This document shows, in pieces, positions 38,563 through 49,050 of a DNA stretch of 64,000 nt. The translations under genes and the position numbers were made by a program. The notes under the pieces were generated by a model, which saw only the letters and a program-made list of their open reading frames with translations, did no database searches and was not told the origin of the DNA. Within the stretch, counting starts at the first letter, position 1. Every line of letters begins with the position of its first letter. This stretch comes from Dehalococcoidia bacterium (GTDB taxonomy: Bacteria; Chloroflexota; Dehalococcoidia; SHYB01): positions 35,726 through 99,725 of the forward strand of contig OZ220066.1 in assembly GCA_964291475.2 (NCBI GenBank), written 5' to 3'.

Positions 38563-38719
38563 TGTGGCCCTCTCCGTTCGCCAAAGCCCGCTGGGGATGG
38601 GTGACGTGTACGTCGCCAGCCTATTATGCAAGCCATTTCCTCCACGGTGAGTAGGATTAGGCTTCGACGGCGTTGGCGCGCCCCTCCCCGCCCCGGCCCT
38701 CTCTCAGTCTCCCCCAGCG

Positions 38720-38892
38720 GAGACCTTTGCGTAACCTTGGGCCGAGTAAAGAGCAGCGCCCTGCGGGCGCTCGCGCGCCTGGCGGCGCGCGCCCTCTCTC
38801 ACATCTCCCCCAGAGGGGGAGAGGGAAGAACCGCCCCGCTCCGCCCGTTTCCCAGCCATCGGCGGGAGTTGAGCAAGTTGAGCAAAGGTCTC
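38720..38892. mobile_element. MITE inserted into a REP-like hairpin, 5-bp TSD CAGCG
   Basis: TIRs GAGACCTTTGCGTAAC / GTTGAGCAAAGGTCTC (14/16); CAGCG at 38715-38719 and 38893-38897. The reconstructed empty site equals the intact hairpin at 57735-57766. Confidence 0.85.
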
Positions 38893-38995
38893 CAGCGGGG
38901 GAGAGGCCGGAGGGCGCCCACGAGGGGCGCCCGTACAGGGGCCCCGCCGCGCCCCGCCCTCACCCCAACCCTCTCCCAGCGGGAGAGGGGGGAAG
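38893..38995. repeat. REP-like hairpins right of the MITE
   Basis: GGGCGCCCACGAGGGGCGCCCGTAC (GTAC variant REP, reverse) and CCCTCTCCCAGCGGGAGAGGG. Confidence 0.7.
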
Positions 38996-39080
38996 ACAGC
39001 CCCCGCCGTCTAGCGTTGTGCCTGCCTTGGCCGGTATGCTAGGAGGGCCCCGGAGGGGAGCCTTCGAAGGAGCGTGGCTC

Positions 39081-40247
39081 ATGGCGTATAGCCCACCTAC
39101 TCTTGCGGAGTCGACGGAGCGGATTCTCAACCTGCCGCAGGTGAAGCGGTGGAAGGCGGGCGATTACGAGCCCGGCCCGTGGTTCACCGATGACCCGATC
39201 GGTGGGGAGTCGTGGGGGTCGTGGGGACGGCAGTTCGAGCCGACACGGCGCGGGGTGACGTTCTTCGAGACGAACCGCGCGCGCCCCGACCTGATACCGG
39301 AGGAGGGCGCCGGCGCCGACCGCGAGGTCGCCTTCGCGGCGTCGGACCCGCGCTTTGCGTACCAGATGGGCAACAAGTACGAGGTCTGGTCGGACAACCT
39401 CGAGAGCCTGCTCGACGAGGCGCTGTCGCGGCAGTGGAGCGCGACGAGCGACATCCCCTGGGGCGACCTCGAGCCGTTGCCGGAGGAGCTGGAGCGGTCG
39501 GTCTGCCAGTTCGTCTGCTTCCTGCACGCGGTCGAGTTCACGCCGTCGGACCACCTGCCGACGTACATGTCGCGGATCGACCCGTCCTTCCCCGAGGCGC
39601 GGATGTTCCTCTCGACGCAGTGCGTCGACGAGTCGCGGCACATGGAGGTCTTCGTCAAGCGGATGTTCGCCAACGGCGGCGGGCCCGGCGTCGACCCCAC
39701 GGCGGAGGGCATCCTGCAGACGACGCCGGACACGATGGCGCTGCCGTCGGAGACGACGCGCAAGGTCATTCCGTCGCGGCCGTGGATGGACTTCCTCGCC
39801 TACTCCTATCACGTGCAGATCCTCGGCGAGGCGGTGGTGCTCGACCTCTTCCGCTTCGGCGAGTTCCTGGGCCGGAACAACTGCGATAAGCAGATCTTCC
39901 GCCGCGTGATGCAGGACGAGGCGCGGCACGTCTCCTACGGCACGCTGCACCTCAAGTACTTCCTGGAGAACGCGCCCAAGGACAAGCGCGACGAGGCCTT
40001 CGAGCTGGTGAACTACCTGGCCGCGGTCGGCGAGGCCGGGGCGACGGGCTTCAACCTGCTCATCGCGCCCAGCCTGATCGAGCCGTGGGCGGTGCTCGCC
40101 GCCGGCGGCACGGCGAACATGGAGAAGGGCTGGGAGGCCTACCGCGAGTTCTGGGCCGTGGTCGTCGAGAACTACCTGAAGCGCATGGATCTGGCCGGCG
40201 TGCCCCGCTGGGACAAGTGCCTGCTCCCTCGCGAGGCCCCCTTCTAG
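39081..40247 (+). CDS. Ferritin-like diiron protein, intact ligand set (alpha-like subunit)
   Basis: E (HAVEF), DESRH, E (ILGEA), DEARH; ATG 39081 after AAGGAG. Confidence 0.85.
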   Translation: MAYSPPTLAESTERILNLPQVKRWKAGDYEPGPWFTDDPIGGESWGSWGRQFEPTRRGVTFFETNRARPDLIPEEGAGADREVAFAASDPRFAYQMGNKYEVWSDNLESLLDEALSRQWSATSDIPWGDLEPLPEELERSVCQFVCFLHAVEFTPSDHLPTYMSRIDPSFPEARMFLSTQCVDESRHMEVFVKRMFANGGGPGVDPTAEGILQTTPDTMALPSETTRKVIPSRPWMDFLAYSYHVQILGEAVVLDLFRFGEFLGRNNCDKQIFRRVMQDEARHVSYGTLHLKYFLENAPKDKRDEAFELVNYLAAVGEAGATGFNLLIAPSLIEPWAVLAAGGTANMEKGWEAYREFWAVVVENYLKRMDLAGVPRWDKCLLPREAPF

Positions 40248-40272
40248 GCGCCGCCGCCCGCGGGACAGAGCC

Positions 40273-41505
40273 ATGGCCGAACGCAAACGCGAGCCCCAGC
40301 GCGTCGACATCTACCGCACGCGCCCCATCGAAATCGACCCCCTGCCCACCGCGGAGGAGATCGCCGAGAAGCTCGACCAGCACCCGCAGGCGGTCAAGAT
40401 CCGCGAGGGCCGGTTCAGCGATTGGATCGGCAAGCCGCTGAGCGAGGGCATCTGGACGGCGTGGGGCATGAAGGCGCGGGTGGACGAGCGCGGCCTGACG
40501 TGGAGCGCGGTCAACGAGATCAGCCACATCGGCGACCCGCCCGAGGTCGGCGAGCCGCACCTGACGCAGGTCCGCTACGTGAAGTCGTACCCGCTGCTGC
40601 CCGAGGACCTGCGGGAGAAGATGTCGCCCAAGTGGGGCGGCCACCGCGAGATCGAGTACAAGTACGAGGTGTGGTCGGACGAGACGCCGGCCTTGGTCGA
40701 GGAGGCCCTGTCGCGCCGCTGGTACGCGGGCCGCGACATCGCCTGGAAGGAAATGGCGCCGCTCCCCGACGGCTTGGAGCGCGCCTTCGACCAGTTCCTC
40801 ACCTATCTCATCCAGTGCCAGTTCCTCTGCTCCGACGTGATCGGCCCCTACATCGGGCGGATCAGCTACGGCTTCCCCGAGGTGAAGAGCATCCTCGCCT
40901 ACGAGATGTTCGACTACAACGTCCACGCCGGGATGCTCCGCAAACGGGCGATCTCGAACGGCGGCGGCATCGGCGCCTACGTGGACGGCGTTGACGCGGG
41001 GCTCGTCGAGGTCTGCAACGCGGCGTCGAACCGCTTCGAGGGCGAGGTCGAGCGCGACCTGAACGCCGTCGTGCTCGCCCTGCAGGTCTTCTTCAACGGC
41101 GTCGTCCTGGAGATGCTGCGGCTCGGCGAGGCGGCCGCGCGGACGGACTTCGACCGCGGCCTCCTCGCCCGCATGGTGCAGGACGAGGCGCGGCACGTCT
41201 CGTGGGGCTGCTCGCGGCTCCGCTATTACCTCGACCACTGCCCCGACCGCGAGGCGGCGGCGCTCCACCTCCACGAAATCGCCGACCGGTTGGAGTCGGA
41301 GCAGACGGCGAACCACCTGCTCAACCCCAAGGTGCTGGAACCGCTCGCCATCCTGCTCGGCGGCGGCCCCGAGAGCATCGACCGGGGCTGGGACGTCCTC
41401 CGCGAGTTCTGGCCGCAGATCGCCGGACGCTACGAGGCGAGGATGGCCGGCATCGGCCTCCCGCGCGAGGGCCGCTGCCACATCCCCCGCACCGCGCCGT
41501 TCTAG
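40273..41505 (+). CDS. Ferritin-like paralogue with degenerate diiron site (beta-like subunit)
   Basis: Colinear with the upstream protein (KYEVWSD, EALSR.W, NGGG, MVQDEARHVS, P.R.APF end), but ligand positions read Q, DYNVH, N, DEARH. Confidence 0.8.
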   Translation: MAERKREPQRVDIYRTRPIEIDPLPTAEEIAEKLDQHPQAVKIREGRFSDWIGKPLSEGIWTAWGMKARVDERGLTWSAVNEISHIGDPPEVGEPHLTQVRYVKSYPLLPEDLREKMSPKWGGHREIEYKYEVWSDETPALVEEALSRRWYAGRDIAWKEMAPLPDGLERAFDQFLTYLIQCQFLCSDVIGPYIGRISYGFPEVKSILAYEMFDYNVHAGMLRKRAISNGGGIGAYVDGVDAGLVEVCNAASNRFEGEVERDLNAVVLALQVFFNGVVLEMLRLGEAAARTDFDRGLLARMVQDEARHVSWGCSRLRYYLDHCPDREAAALHLHEIADRLESEQTANHLLNPKVLEPLAILLGGGPESIDRGWDVLREFWPQIAGRYEARMAGIGLPREGRCHIPRTAPF

Positions 41506-41634
41506 GCGCGGGTCGGCCCAGCTTCGGGCTGACGCGGACGGCTTCCCCCTTCCGTCGTGGTTTACCGTGCCGGATTATGCTACTCTCTGGGCGCACGCGG
41601 GCGCGCGACCCGGCCCGCAAACCAGGAGGATGCC

Positions 41635-42765
41635 GTGGGCTACCCCTACAAGAGAATCGACGTAGATTCCCACATCCAAGAGAAACCCAACACGTGGACG
41701 AGCCGCATGTCGAAGGAGAAGTGGGGCGACCGGATTCCCCACATTCGCCAGGGGCCCGAGCGCGATGAGTGGTGGGTCGACGGCAAGCCGACGGGCTACC
41801 TCTCGACCTGCCCCGCCGTCATGCCCGACCGCGTCACCAACCCCCACCGCTGGGACATGATCCCGCCGTCGGTCTACGTCGCCGAGGAGCGCATGAAGGC
41901 GATGGACTCGGAGGGGACCGACTGCCAGGTGATGTACGCCAACACCACCGGCGTCTCCGGCGACCGCTTCCAGGGGCTCGACCCCGAGTTCGAGGCGGCG
42001 TGCGTCCGGGTCTACAACGACTACCAGACCGAGGAGTGGGTCAACGTCAACCCGAACCGGTTCGTGGCCCTCACCGTCCCCGTCTACTACTCGATGGAGA
42101 AGACGCTGGAGGAGGTCCACCACAACGCGAAGAACGGCCACCGGGGCGTGATGCTGGTGGGGACGCCGCACACCCGCGGCCTGGAGAACTACAGCTCGCC
42201 CTACTGGGAGCCGCTGTGGCAGACGATCGTCGACCTCGACCTCGTCCTCACCGTCCACGGCTCGGGCGCGGCGCCGCAGAGCATGCGTATCGAGAAGCAC
42301 GCCACGCAGGAGCACCGCCGCAACGACGCCGCGCTCGCCGCCGCCGGGTTCAGCATCCAGCCGCAGTACTTCGCCAACTTCCTGTTCGCCGGCGTCTTTG
42401 ACCGCTATCCGACGCTCACCCTCGTCGCTGCCGAGACCGGCATCGGCTGGCTTCCCTGGCTGCTTGAGTCCTGCGACTACGCCTGGGAGCAGGGGCAGCT
42501 GTGGAACCAGGGACTCCCCACCCGCCCTACCGACCTCTTCCGGCAGCACTGCTACGTCGACTTCTGGTATGAGCGCTCGGCGGTGGACCACTACCGCCAC
42601 GTCATCGGCGTCGACCGGATCATGTGGGAGACGGACTTCCCGCACCCGACGTCGCTGTGGCCCAACACCAACGAGTTCGTTGAGAAGGCGTTCCAGAACG
42701 TGCCGGAGGAGGAGCAGTACCAGATTCTGGTGGAGAACCCGAAGAAGGTCTTCAAGCTCAACTAA
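41635..42765 (+). CDS. Amidohydrolase-2 family protein
   Basis: GTG start after AGGAGG; IDVDSHIQE, LTVHG, ETGIGWLP, MWETDFPH. Confidence 0.9.
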   Translation: MGYPYKRIDVDSHIQEKPNTWTSRMSKEKWGDRIPHIRQGPERDEWWVDGKPTGYLSTCPAVMPDRVTNPHRWDMIPPSVYVAEERMKAMDSEGTDCQVMYANTTGVSGDRFQGLDPEFEAACVRVYNDYQTEEWVNVNPNRFVALTVPVYYSMEKTLEEVHHNAKNGHRGVMLVGTPHTRGLENYSSPYWEPLWQTIVDLDLVLTVHGSGAAPQSMRIEKHATQEHRRNDAALAAAGFSIQPQYFANFLFAGVFDRYPTLTLVAAETGIGWLPWLLESCDYAWEQGQLWNQGLPTRPTDLFRQHCYVDFWYERSAVDHYRHVIGVDRIMWETDFPHPTSLWPNTNEFVEKAFQNVPEEEQYQILVENPKKVFKLN

Positions 42766-42800
42766 CGGCGCGGCCGGCCGCCGCCGAAGGGACGCGACTC

Positions 42801-43940
42801 ATGGCTCTCGACTTTCCTATCATTTCGTCCGACGACCACGTGCAGGAGCCGCCCGATCTCTGGACTTCGCGCCTGCCCAAGCACCTCGCGGAGCGCGGCC
42901 CCCGCATCGAGCGGCAGGCCGACGGCCGCGACCGCTGGCTGGTCGACGGCGAAGTGCTGGCCGACTGGCCGGTCTCTCGCGCCCGCGCCATCTCCAACGG
43001 CGACCGCTACCTCGACATCGAGACGTGGGACCAAGTCCCCGCCGCGAGCTACGACCCCGCCGAACGGCTGAAGGCGATGGACCAGGACGGCATCGCCGCC
43101 TCGGTGCTCTACCCCTACATCGCGGGTCTTGGCGGCGAGATACTGGGTTCGATCAAGGACCCCGAGCTCCAGGCCGCGTGCGTCGACGTCTACAACGAGT
43201 GGACCCTGGAGACGTGGAACAACGACCGGCTCGTCCCGCAGGGGCTGGTGCCGATCAGCTCGATCGAGGCGGCAAGGGCCGGCGCGGTCAAGGCGGTCGA
43301 GGCGGGGCACAAGGGGATCGTGCTCCCGGCGGCCCCGTGGCGCATCAACGACGGCACGCCCCACCTCTACGACCCCGAGTGGGACCCGTTCTGGGAGCAG
43401 GTCGGCGAGCTCGGCGTGCCTATCTGCTTCCACTCGGGGAGCGTGCCGAGCCTGATGATGCAGATCTACGAGGGCTTCCCTCCCGCCGTGGCCAAGGCCT
43501 TCGACGTCGTGCGCCGCCCTTCGAGCAGCGGCATGATCGTCTGCCGCTTCCTCTTCTCCGGCGTCGGCGAGCGTCACCCCAACGTCAAATTCGTGTTCAG
43601 CGCCACCGGCATCGACTGGTTCGCCTTCATGCTCGAGGTCTCCGACCATGAGTGGGAGCGCATCTGTCTGAAGGGCGAGAACGTCGAGATGCACACCGCG
43701 CCCAGCGAGATCTTCCATCGGCAAGGCTTCGTGACGACGTCGTTCGACCAGGTCGGCCTGCGGTTGCTCTACCTGATCGGGGCCAAGAACGTGATGTGGT
43801 TCTCCGAGTTCCCGCTGGAGAGCTCGACCTTCCCCGACAGCGCCAAGACGCTGGAGAAGAACTACGCCGACGTCGCCGCCGACGAGCGCCGCGCCATCCT
43901 CCACGACAACGCCGCCGGGCTCTACGGCATCAACGCGTAG
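42801..43940 (+). CDS. Amidohydrolase-2 family protein (variant catalytic motifs)
   Basis: ISSDDHVQEPPDLW, ICFHSG; but SATGIDW and WFSEFPL in place of E.G..W and W..DFPH. Confidence 0.85.
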   Translation: MALDFPIISSDDHVQEPPDLWTSRLPKHLAERGPRIERQADGRDRWLVDGEVLADWPVSRARAISNGDRYLDIETWDQVPAASYDPAERLKAMDQDGIAASVLYPYIAGLGGEILGSIKDPELQAACVDVYNEWTLETWNNDRLVPQGLVPISSIEAARAGAVKAVEAGHKGIVLPAAPWRINDGTPHLYDPEWDPFWEQVGELGVPICFHSGSVPSLMMQIYEGFPPAVAKAFDVVRRPSSSGMIVCRFLFSGVGERHPNVKFVFSATGIDWFAFMLEVSDHEWERICLKGENVEMHTAPSEIFHRQGFVTTSFDQVGLRLLYLIGAKNVMWFSEFPLESSTFPDSAKTLEKNYADVAADERRAILHDNAAGLYGINA

Positions 43941-44054
43941 GCGCGTCCGGCGCGTCGCGCTAACCTTCAGGGCGTTGTGCTGCGTCCGTGTCTCCGTTCC
44001 CTAGGTTCTTGTCGTCTACAATGGGTGGCAAGCTGAAGGGAGGAGCCGCTCTCG

Positions 44055-45890
44055 ATGCAGACCAGAACTCCGATCTTGACCTCTTTGAAGCTGCGGTGGT
44101 GGGTGCTCGGAAGCCTTATCGCCGCCGTTGTGTTGGCGGTGGCGGCGTGCGCGGACGACGGGGAGGAGGCGCCTGCTTCTCAGGAGCAGGTCGTCGAGCG
44201 GCTGCAGCAGAACGCCGAGGACTTCGACTATGCCATTGGGGAGCAGGGCGGGACGCTGACCTTCGCCACGATCGGCGAGCCGCTGACTTTCAACCCGGCG
44301 CTGTCGCACGACGCTTCGTCATCCGGCGTGCTGGGCTATCTGTTCGAGGGGCTCACCGAGACGTCTTGGCTGACCGACGAGATCGATCCGGTGCTGGCGG
44401 AGGCCTGGGACCATTCGGAGGACGGCCTCACCTGGACGTTCCGGCTCCGCGAGGACGTGACGTGGCACGACGGGGAGCCCTTCACGTCGCGCGACGTGGA
44501 CTTCACCTTCAACCGGGTCATCTATAACGAGGACGTCCACTCGAGCGCCCGCGCGGCCTTCACCTTCCGGTTCCTCGATGAGGAGACCGGTGAGTGGAAA
44601 GAGGACCGGATGACGGTGTCTGCGCCGGACGACTACACGGTGCAGTTCGTCCTGCCAACGCCGTTCGCGCCGTTCCTGCGCTCGATGGGCACGGGGATCT
44701 ATCCGAAGCACATTCTGGAGCCGCGCATCGACGACGGCACCTTCGCGGAGACGTGGAACATCGACACCGATCCGGCCGAGATCATCGGCACCGGGCCGTT
44801 TACCATCGAACGGTACAACCCCGGCGAGCAGATCGTCTTCCAGCGCAACCCGAACTACTGGCTGAAGGACGACGATGGCAACAGCCTGCCCTATCTCGAT
44901 AGGGTCGTGCAGACCATCGTCGCCGACTTGGATGCCGAGCTGGCCGCGTTCCGGGCAGGGGAAGCGGATGTCCACGGCGTGTTAGGCGAGGAGTTCGCGA
45001 CTCTGGAGCCGCTCCAGGACGAGGAGAACTTCACCATCCACCGGCGCGGGCCAGCCTTCGGGACGACGTTCCTGGCACTGAACATGAACCCCGGAACGAA
45101 CGAGGAGACGGGCGAACCGTACGTCGCGCCGGAGAAGCTGAAATGGTTCGAGAACAAGGCATTCCGCCAAGCCGTCGCCCACAGCATCGACAAGGACACG
45201 ATGATCGAGGAAGTGCTGCACGGGCAGGGCTATCCCAGTGGGCCTCGGTCAGCCCTGCGGCCGGCGACTTCCACAATCCCAACGTCCGGCGGTACGAGTA
45301 CGACGTCGACGAGGCCAACAATATCCTCGACGGCCTCGGTTGGACGGATAGGGATGGGGATGGCATACGCGAAGACGACGCGGGCAATTCGATCGAGTTC
45401 GCCCTGATCACCAACACCGGGAACGACGTGCGTATCGACGTGACGCAGCGCCTTGCGGCCGGCTTGGAAGCGATTGGCGTTAAGGCGTCTTCGAAGCGGT
45501 CGAGTTCGGCGACCTCGTGGGGCGGCTCACTACCTCCTACGCCTGGGAAGGTTGGTCGTCGGCCTGACCGGTGGGCCGGATCCCTTCGGCGGCATCAACG
45601 TCTGGCACAGCAGCGAAGACCTGCACCTCTGGAATCCCAACCAGGAACAGCCGGCGACGGACTGGGAGGCCGAGATCGACGACCTCTACGTCCGGGGGAG
45701 CCAGGAGCTCGACCACGAGCGGCGCGTGGGCATCTACCACCGTGCGCAGGAGGTAGCCGCCGAGAACGTGCCGCTCATCTACACGATGCTGTCCGAGCGG
45801 CTGAGCGCCGTCCGGAACGTCTTCGGCAACACCACGCCCACGCTCTATGGGGTGTGGGACATCCGCTACCTCTACCGCACGGACCTGTAA
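44055..45890 (+). CDS. Peptide/nickel ABC transporter substrate-binding lipoprotein (family 5), frameshifted in this assembly
   Basis: Lipobox AVAAC, LFEGLT, WTFRLREDVTWHDGEPFTSRDVDFT, IGTGPF, FRQAVAHSID; the frame switches near 45232, 45490 and 45550. Confidence 0.8.
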
Positions 45891-45934
45891 GCCCTAGCGG
45901 CGGGCGTCGATGGAGGCCGCTCAGGTGGTTGGAA

Positions 45935-45990
45935 CGGGCGATTCGTGAATCGCCCCTACGGGAGCGGGCGACCACAAGGGTCGCCCCTAC
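45935..45990 (-). repeat. Two GTAG-REPs
   Basis: Reverse complements of GTAGGGGCGATTCACGAATCGCCC and GTAGGGGCGACCCTTGTGGTCGCCC. Confidence 0.85.
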
Positions 45991-46012
45991 AGGGACGATC
46001 CCCTGCCGCTGC

Positions 46013-46817
46013 CTAGCGGGCCGTGGTCCCGCCGTCGGCGGAGAAGATGGCGCCGGTGATGTGCCGCGAGTGCGGGCCGACGAGGAACAGCGCGAGCTGC
46101 GCCATCTGGTCGACGTGGGGCAGCCAGCCGAGAGGCGAGGGGCGGATCGACTCGCGCAGCAGCGTGAGGTCGGGCGACTCCAGCCTCTCCGTCTCAGTCC
46201 CGTCCATGCCGCCGGGGGCGATGCAGTTAGCCCGCAGATTACGGTCGGCGTAGTCGAGCGCCACCACCTTCGTCAGATGTTGCAGACCCGCCTTCGCCGC
46301 GCCGTAGGCGGCGCAGTACTTGAACGCCGAGACGCCGACCATCGACGAGATGTTGAGGATGGCCGGGTAGTCGCGTCCGAGCATGTGGGGCACGGCGGCG
46401 CGGACCATGAGGAACGGCCCCCGTAAGTTGACCGCATAGAAGCGGTCGAACCAGTCGATGGGCGTCTCGTGGGTGAAGGAACGGCTTGGAGTGCAGGCCG
46501 GCGTTGTTCACCAGGATGTCGATGCCGCCGAATGCCGCGACGGCGCCCTCGACCGCCGCCTGGACGTCGTCGGCCTTTGAGACGTCGCCGGGCAGTGCGA
46601 TGGCTTCGCCGCCGCCGGCGCGGATCGTGGAGGCGGTCTCGTCCAACGGGGCGGGTCGGCGGCCGGTGACGGCGACCTTGGCGCCCTCCGCCGCGAACAG
46701 CTTGGCCATCGCCGCGCCGAGTCCGGTGCCGCCGCCGGTGATGATGGCGGCCTTCCCCTTGAGGAGGCCGCTGGGCGGGGTTACGTGCGTCTCGGGCGCT
46801 TCCCGATAACGGCTCAT
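46013..46817 (-). CDS. SDR family oxidoreductase, frameshifted near 46475
   Basis: TGGGTGLG...NNAG in ORF 46239..46817; NISS..YGAAK in ORF 46013..46408. Confidence 0.8.
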
Positions 46818-47999
46818 GCGACGCCCCGTGCCAAGCGTCCCGTCCTAGGATGGCCCCGTCGAGGTTGAAGACGCGGATGGCGTTCTCGACGAGCATCTTG
46901 CGGCACTCGTCCTCCGGCACCCCGGCGAGGGTGCGCTCGATGAAGGGCCCGCGAGTTAGGGTAGGAGCCGGTGGGGTGGGGAAAGTCGGACTCCCACATG
47001 ATGTTGTCGATGCCGATGGCGTGACGCAGGGCGATGCCGGTCTCCTCGTACCAGAAGTTGATGTAGCACTGCCGGTGGAAGACCTCGCTCGGCCTGGTGG
47101 GCATGCCGTGGTTGTAAAGGCGCTGCGACTCCCACTGGTGGTCGGCGGTCTCCAGGAGGTAGGGCGCCCACCCCAGCCCGCTCTCCGAGGAGACGAACTT
47201 GAGGGTGGGGAAGCGGTCGAAGATGCCGGAGTAGAGCAGCGTGCTCATCACCTGGATGTTCGACGCCAGCCCCTTGGTGCTGCCGTCGGCGACCTGCACC
47301 ATGCGGCCGCGTCCGCCCCAGCTTTCGTTGATGATGCCGATGCTGCCCCCGGAGCCGATGTGGAGGTTCACCGAAAGGTCGGCGTCCTGCGCGGCCTGCC
47401 AGAACGGGTCCCAGAATGGGTCGGAGATGTGCGGGTAGTCGAACTGCTGGGGGAAGGAAAACGAGATCGCCTTGACGCCCCGTTTGTGCATCCGGCGGGA
47501 CCTCGGCGGCGGCAAGCTCGGCGTCCCACAGCGGCACGAGCGCGATGGTGATGAAGCGCCCGGGGTAGGGGTCGGCCCACTCCTCGATCTGCCAATCGTT
47601 ATAGGCCCGGATGCAGTCCATGCGGAAGTCGACGTCGTCGTAGACCGGGTTGCTGAAGGTCTGCCCGGCGACCCCGGCGACGTTGCTGAAGAAGGTGTGG
47701 ACGTCGACCCCATCCTCCTCCATCGCCTTGAGGCGCTCGGCGGGGACGTAGGTCTTCTTAGGCATATCCTCCCAGCGGTCGGGGCCGAGCCCGTCGGGAA
47801 ACTCCTCGGCGACGGCGCCCTGCACCGTGCCCAGGCTCCGCTGCATCGGGATGTCCCAGATATGCCACCGCTCGTTGCCGCCCTCGATCTCGCGGATATG
47901 GGGAATCTTGCCGCCCCACCTGCTCTTCGACATGCGGTCGGTCCACACCGTCGACGACTCCTGCAAGTGGTCGTCGGTCGAGATGACGTCGTAGTGCAT
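46814..47999 (-). CDS. Amidohydrolase-2 family protein, frameshifted near 47497 and 46940
   Basis: ISTDDHLQE, VNLHIG, ESGLGWAP, MWESDFPH, MLVENAIRVFNL spread over three frames. Confidence 0.8.
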
Positions 48000-48095
48000 G
48001 CGCCCTCCGCGCTTGGGGGCCGGAATGGCCCGTCCAAGGGGTTGCGGCTGACTATAGCATAGGGGCGGTCTGGAGCACCGCGGCGCGGGAGGAAC

Positions 48096-48931
48096 ATGAT
48101 GGCAAACGATTCGAAGGTGGCGTTGGTGACCGGCGGGAGCCGGGGCGTGGGCAAGGGCATCGCGATCGAGCTGGGCAAGCTCGGATTCACCGTCGTCGTG
48201 ACGGCGCGGTCGGTGCCGAGCGCGAGGTCAATAACTGGCCCGGTACATGGGCAGACCGCCGAGAGGTCGAAGCCGCCGGCGGGCGGGCGTCCCCATGCGC
48301 CTCGACCTGCGCGACATGGACAACGTCCGGCAAGTCTTCAACGACACGATCAGCCAACTCGCCGGCTCGACGTCATGGTGAACAACGCGCGCTACGCCGA
48401 CAGCGGCTACGTCACCCAAGCTCGTCGACACCGAGTGGAGCGACCTCGAGGCGATGATCGACACCACTTCCGCGCCGTGCTCCTCTTCCACCACCTCTGC
48501 ATCCCGGTGATGATCGAGCAGGGCGGCGGCGTCATCATCAACCTGACGTCGGCGCCCGCAGCACGACCAGCCCGGGGATGCCGGGCAAGGGCTCGACGGG
48601 CATCGGCTACCCGGTCACCAAGGCGGCGTCGCACCGCATCGCCGCCGCCCTCGCCAAGGAGACCGCCGAGCACAACGTCGCCGTGCTCAACCTCGACCCG
48701 GGGCACACGCTCACCGAGCGGCACACCGACACTCAGGGCGGCAACGTCTCGAACGTCAACATCGACCGGTCGGACACCCACGGGGTGTGGATACCGGCCA
48801 AGGCCGCGGCCTACATCGCGACCTGCGCCAATCCCATTGCCTTCAACGGCAAGTCGATCAATGCCAAGCCGTTCGTCGAGGAGATGGGTCTCGCCACGCC
48901 GGAGGAGCTTGCCACCCCCTGGAAGGGGTAG
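48096..48931 (+). pseudogene. SDR family oxidoreductase with several frameshifts
   Basis: TGGSRGVGKG, LDVMVNNA, INLTS, YPVTK in different frames. Confidence 0.65.
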
Positions 48932-48968
48932 GCCTCCCCGCCCCGCCGGCGCGGCCGCAAGCCGCGTG

Positions 48969-49050
48969 CCCTCTCTCAGTCTCCCCAGAGGGGGAGAGGG
49001 GTTAAGGTGCTCGCCCAGGAGGGACAGGGCGATTCGTGAATCGCCCCTAC
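48969..49050. repeat. Hairpin module B plus GTAG-REP (reverse)
   Basis: CCCTCTCTCAGTCTCCCCAGAGGGGGAGAGGG; GGGCGATTCGTGAATCGCCCCTAC. Confidence 0.8.
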
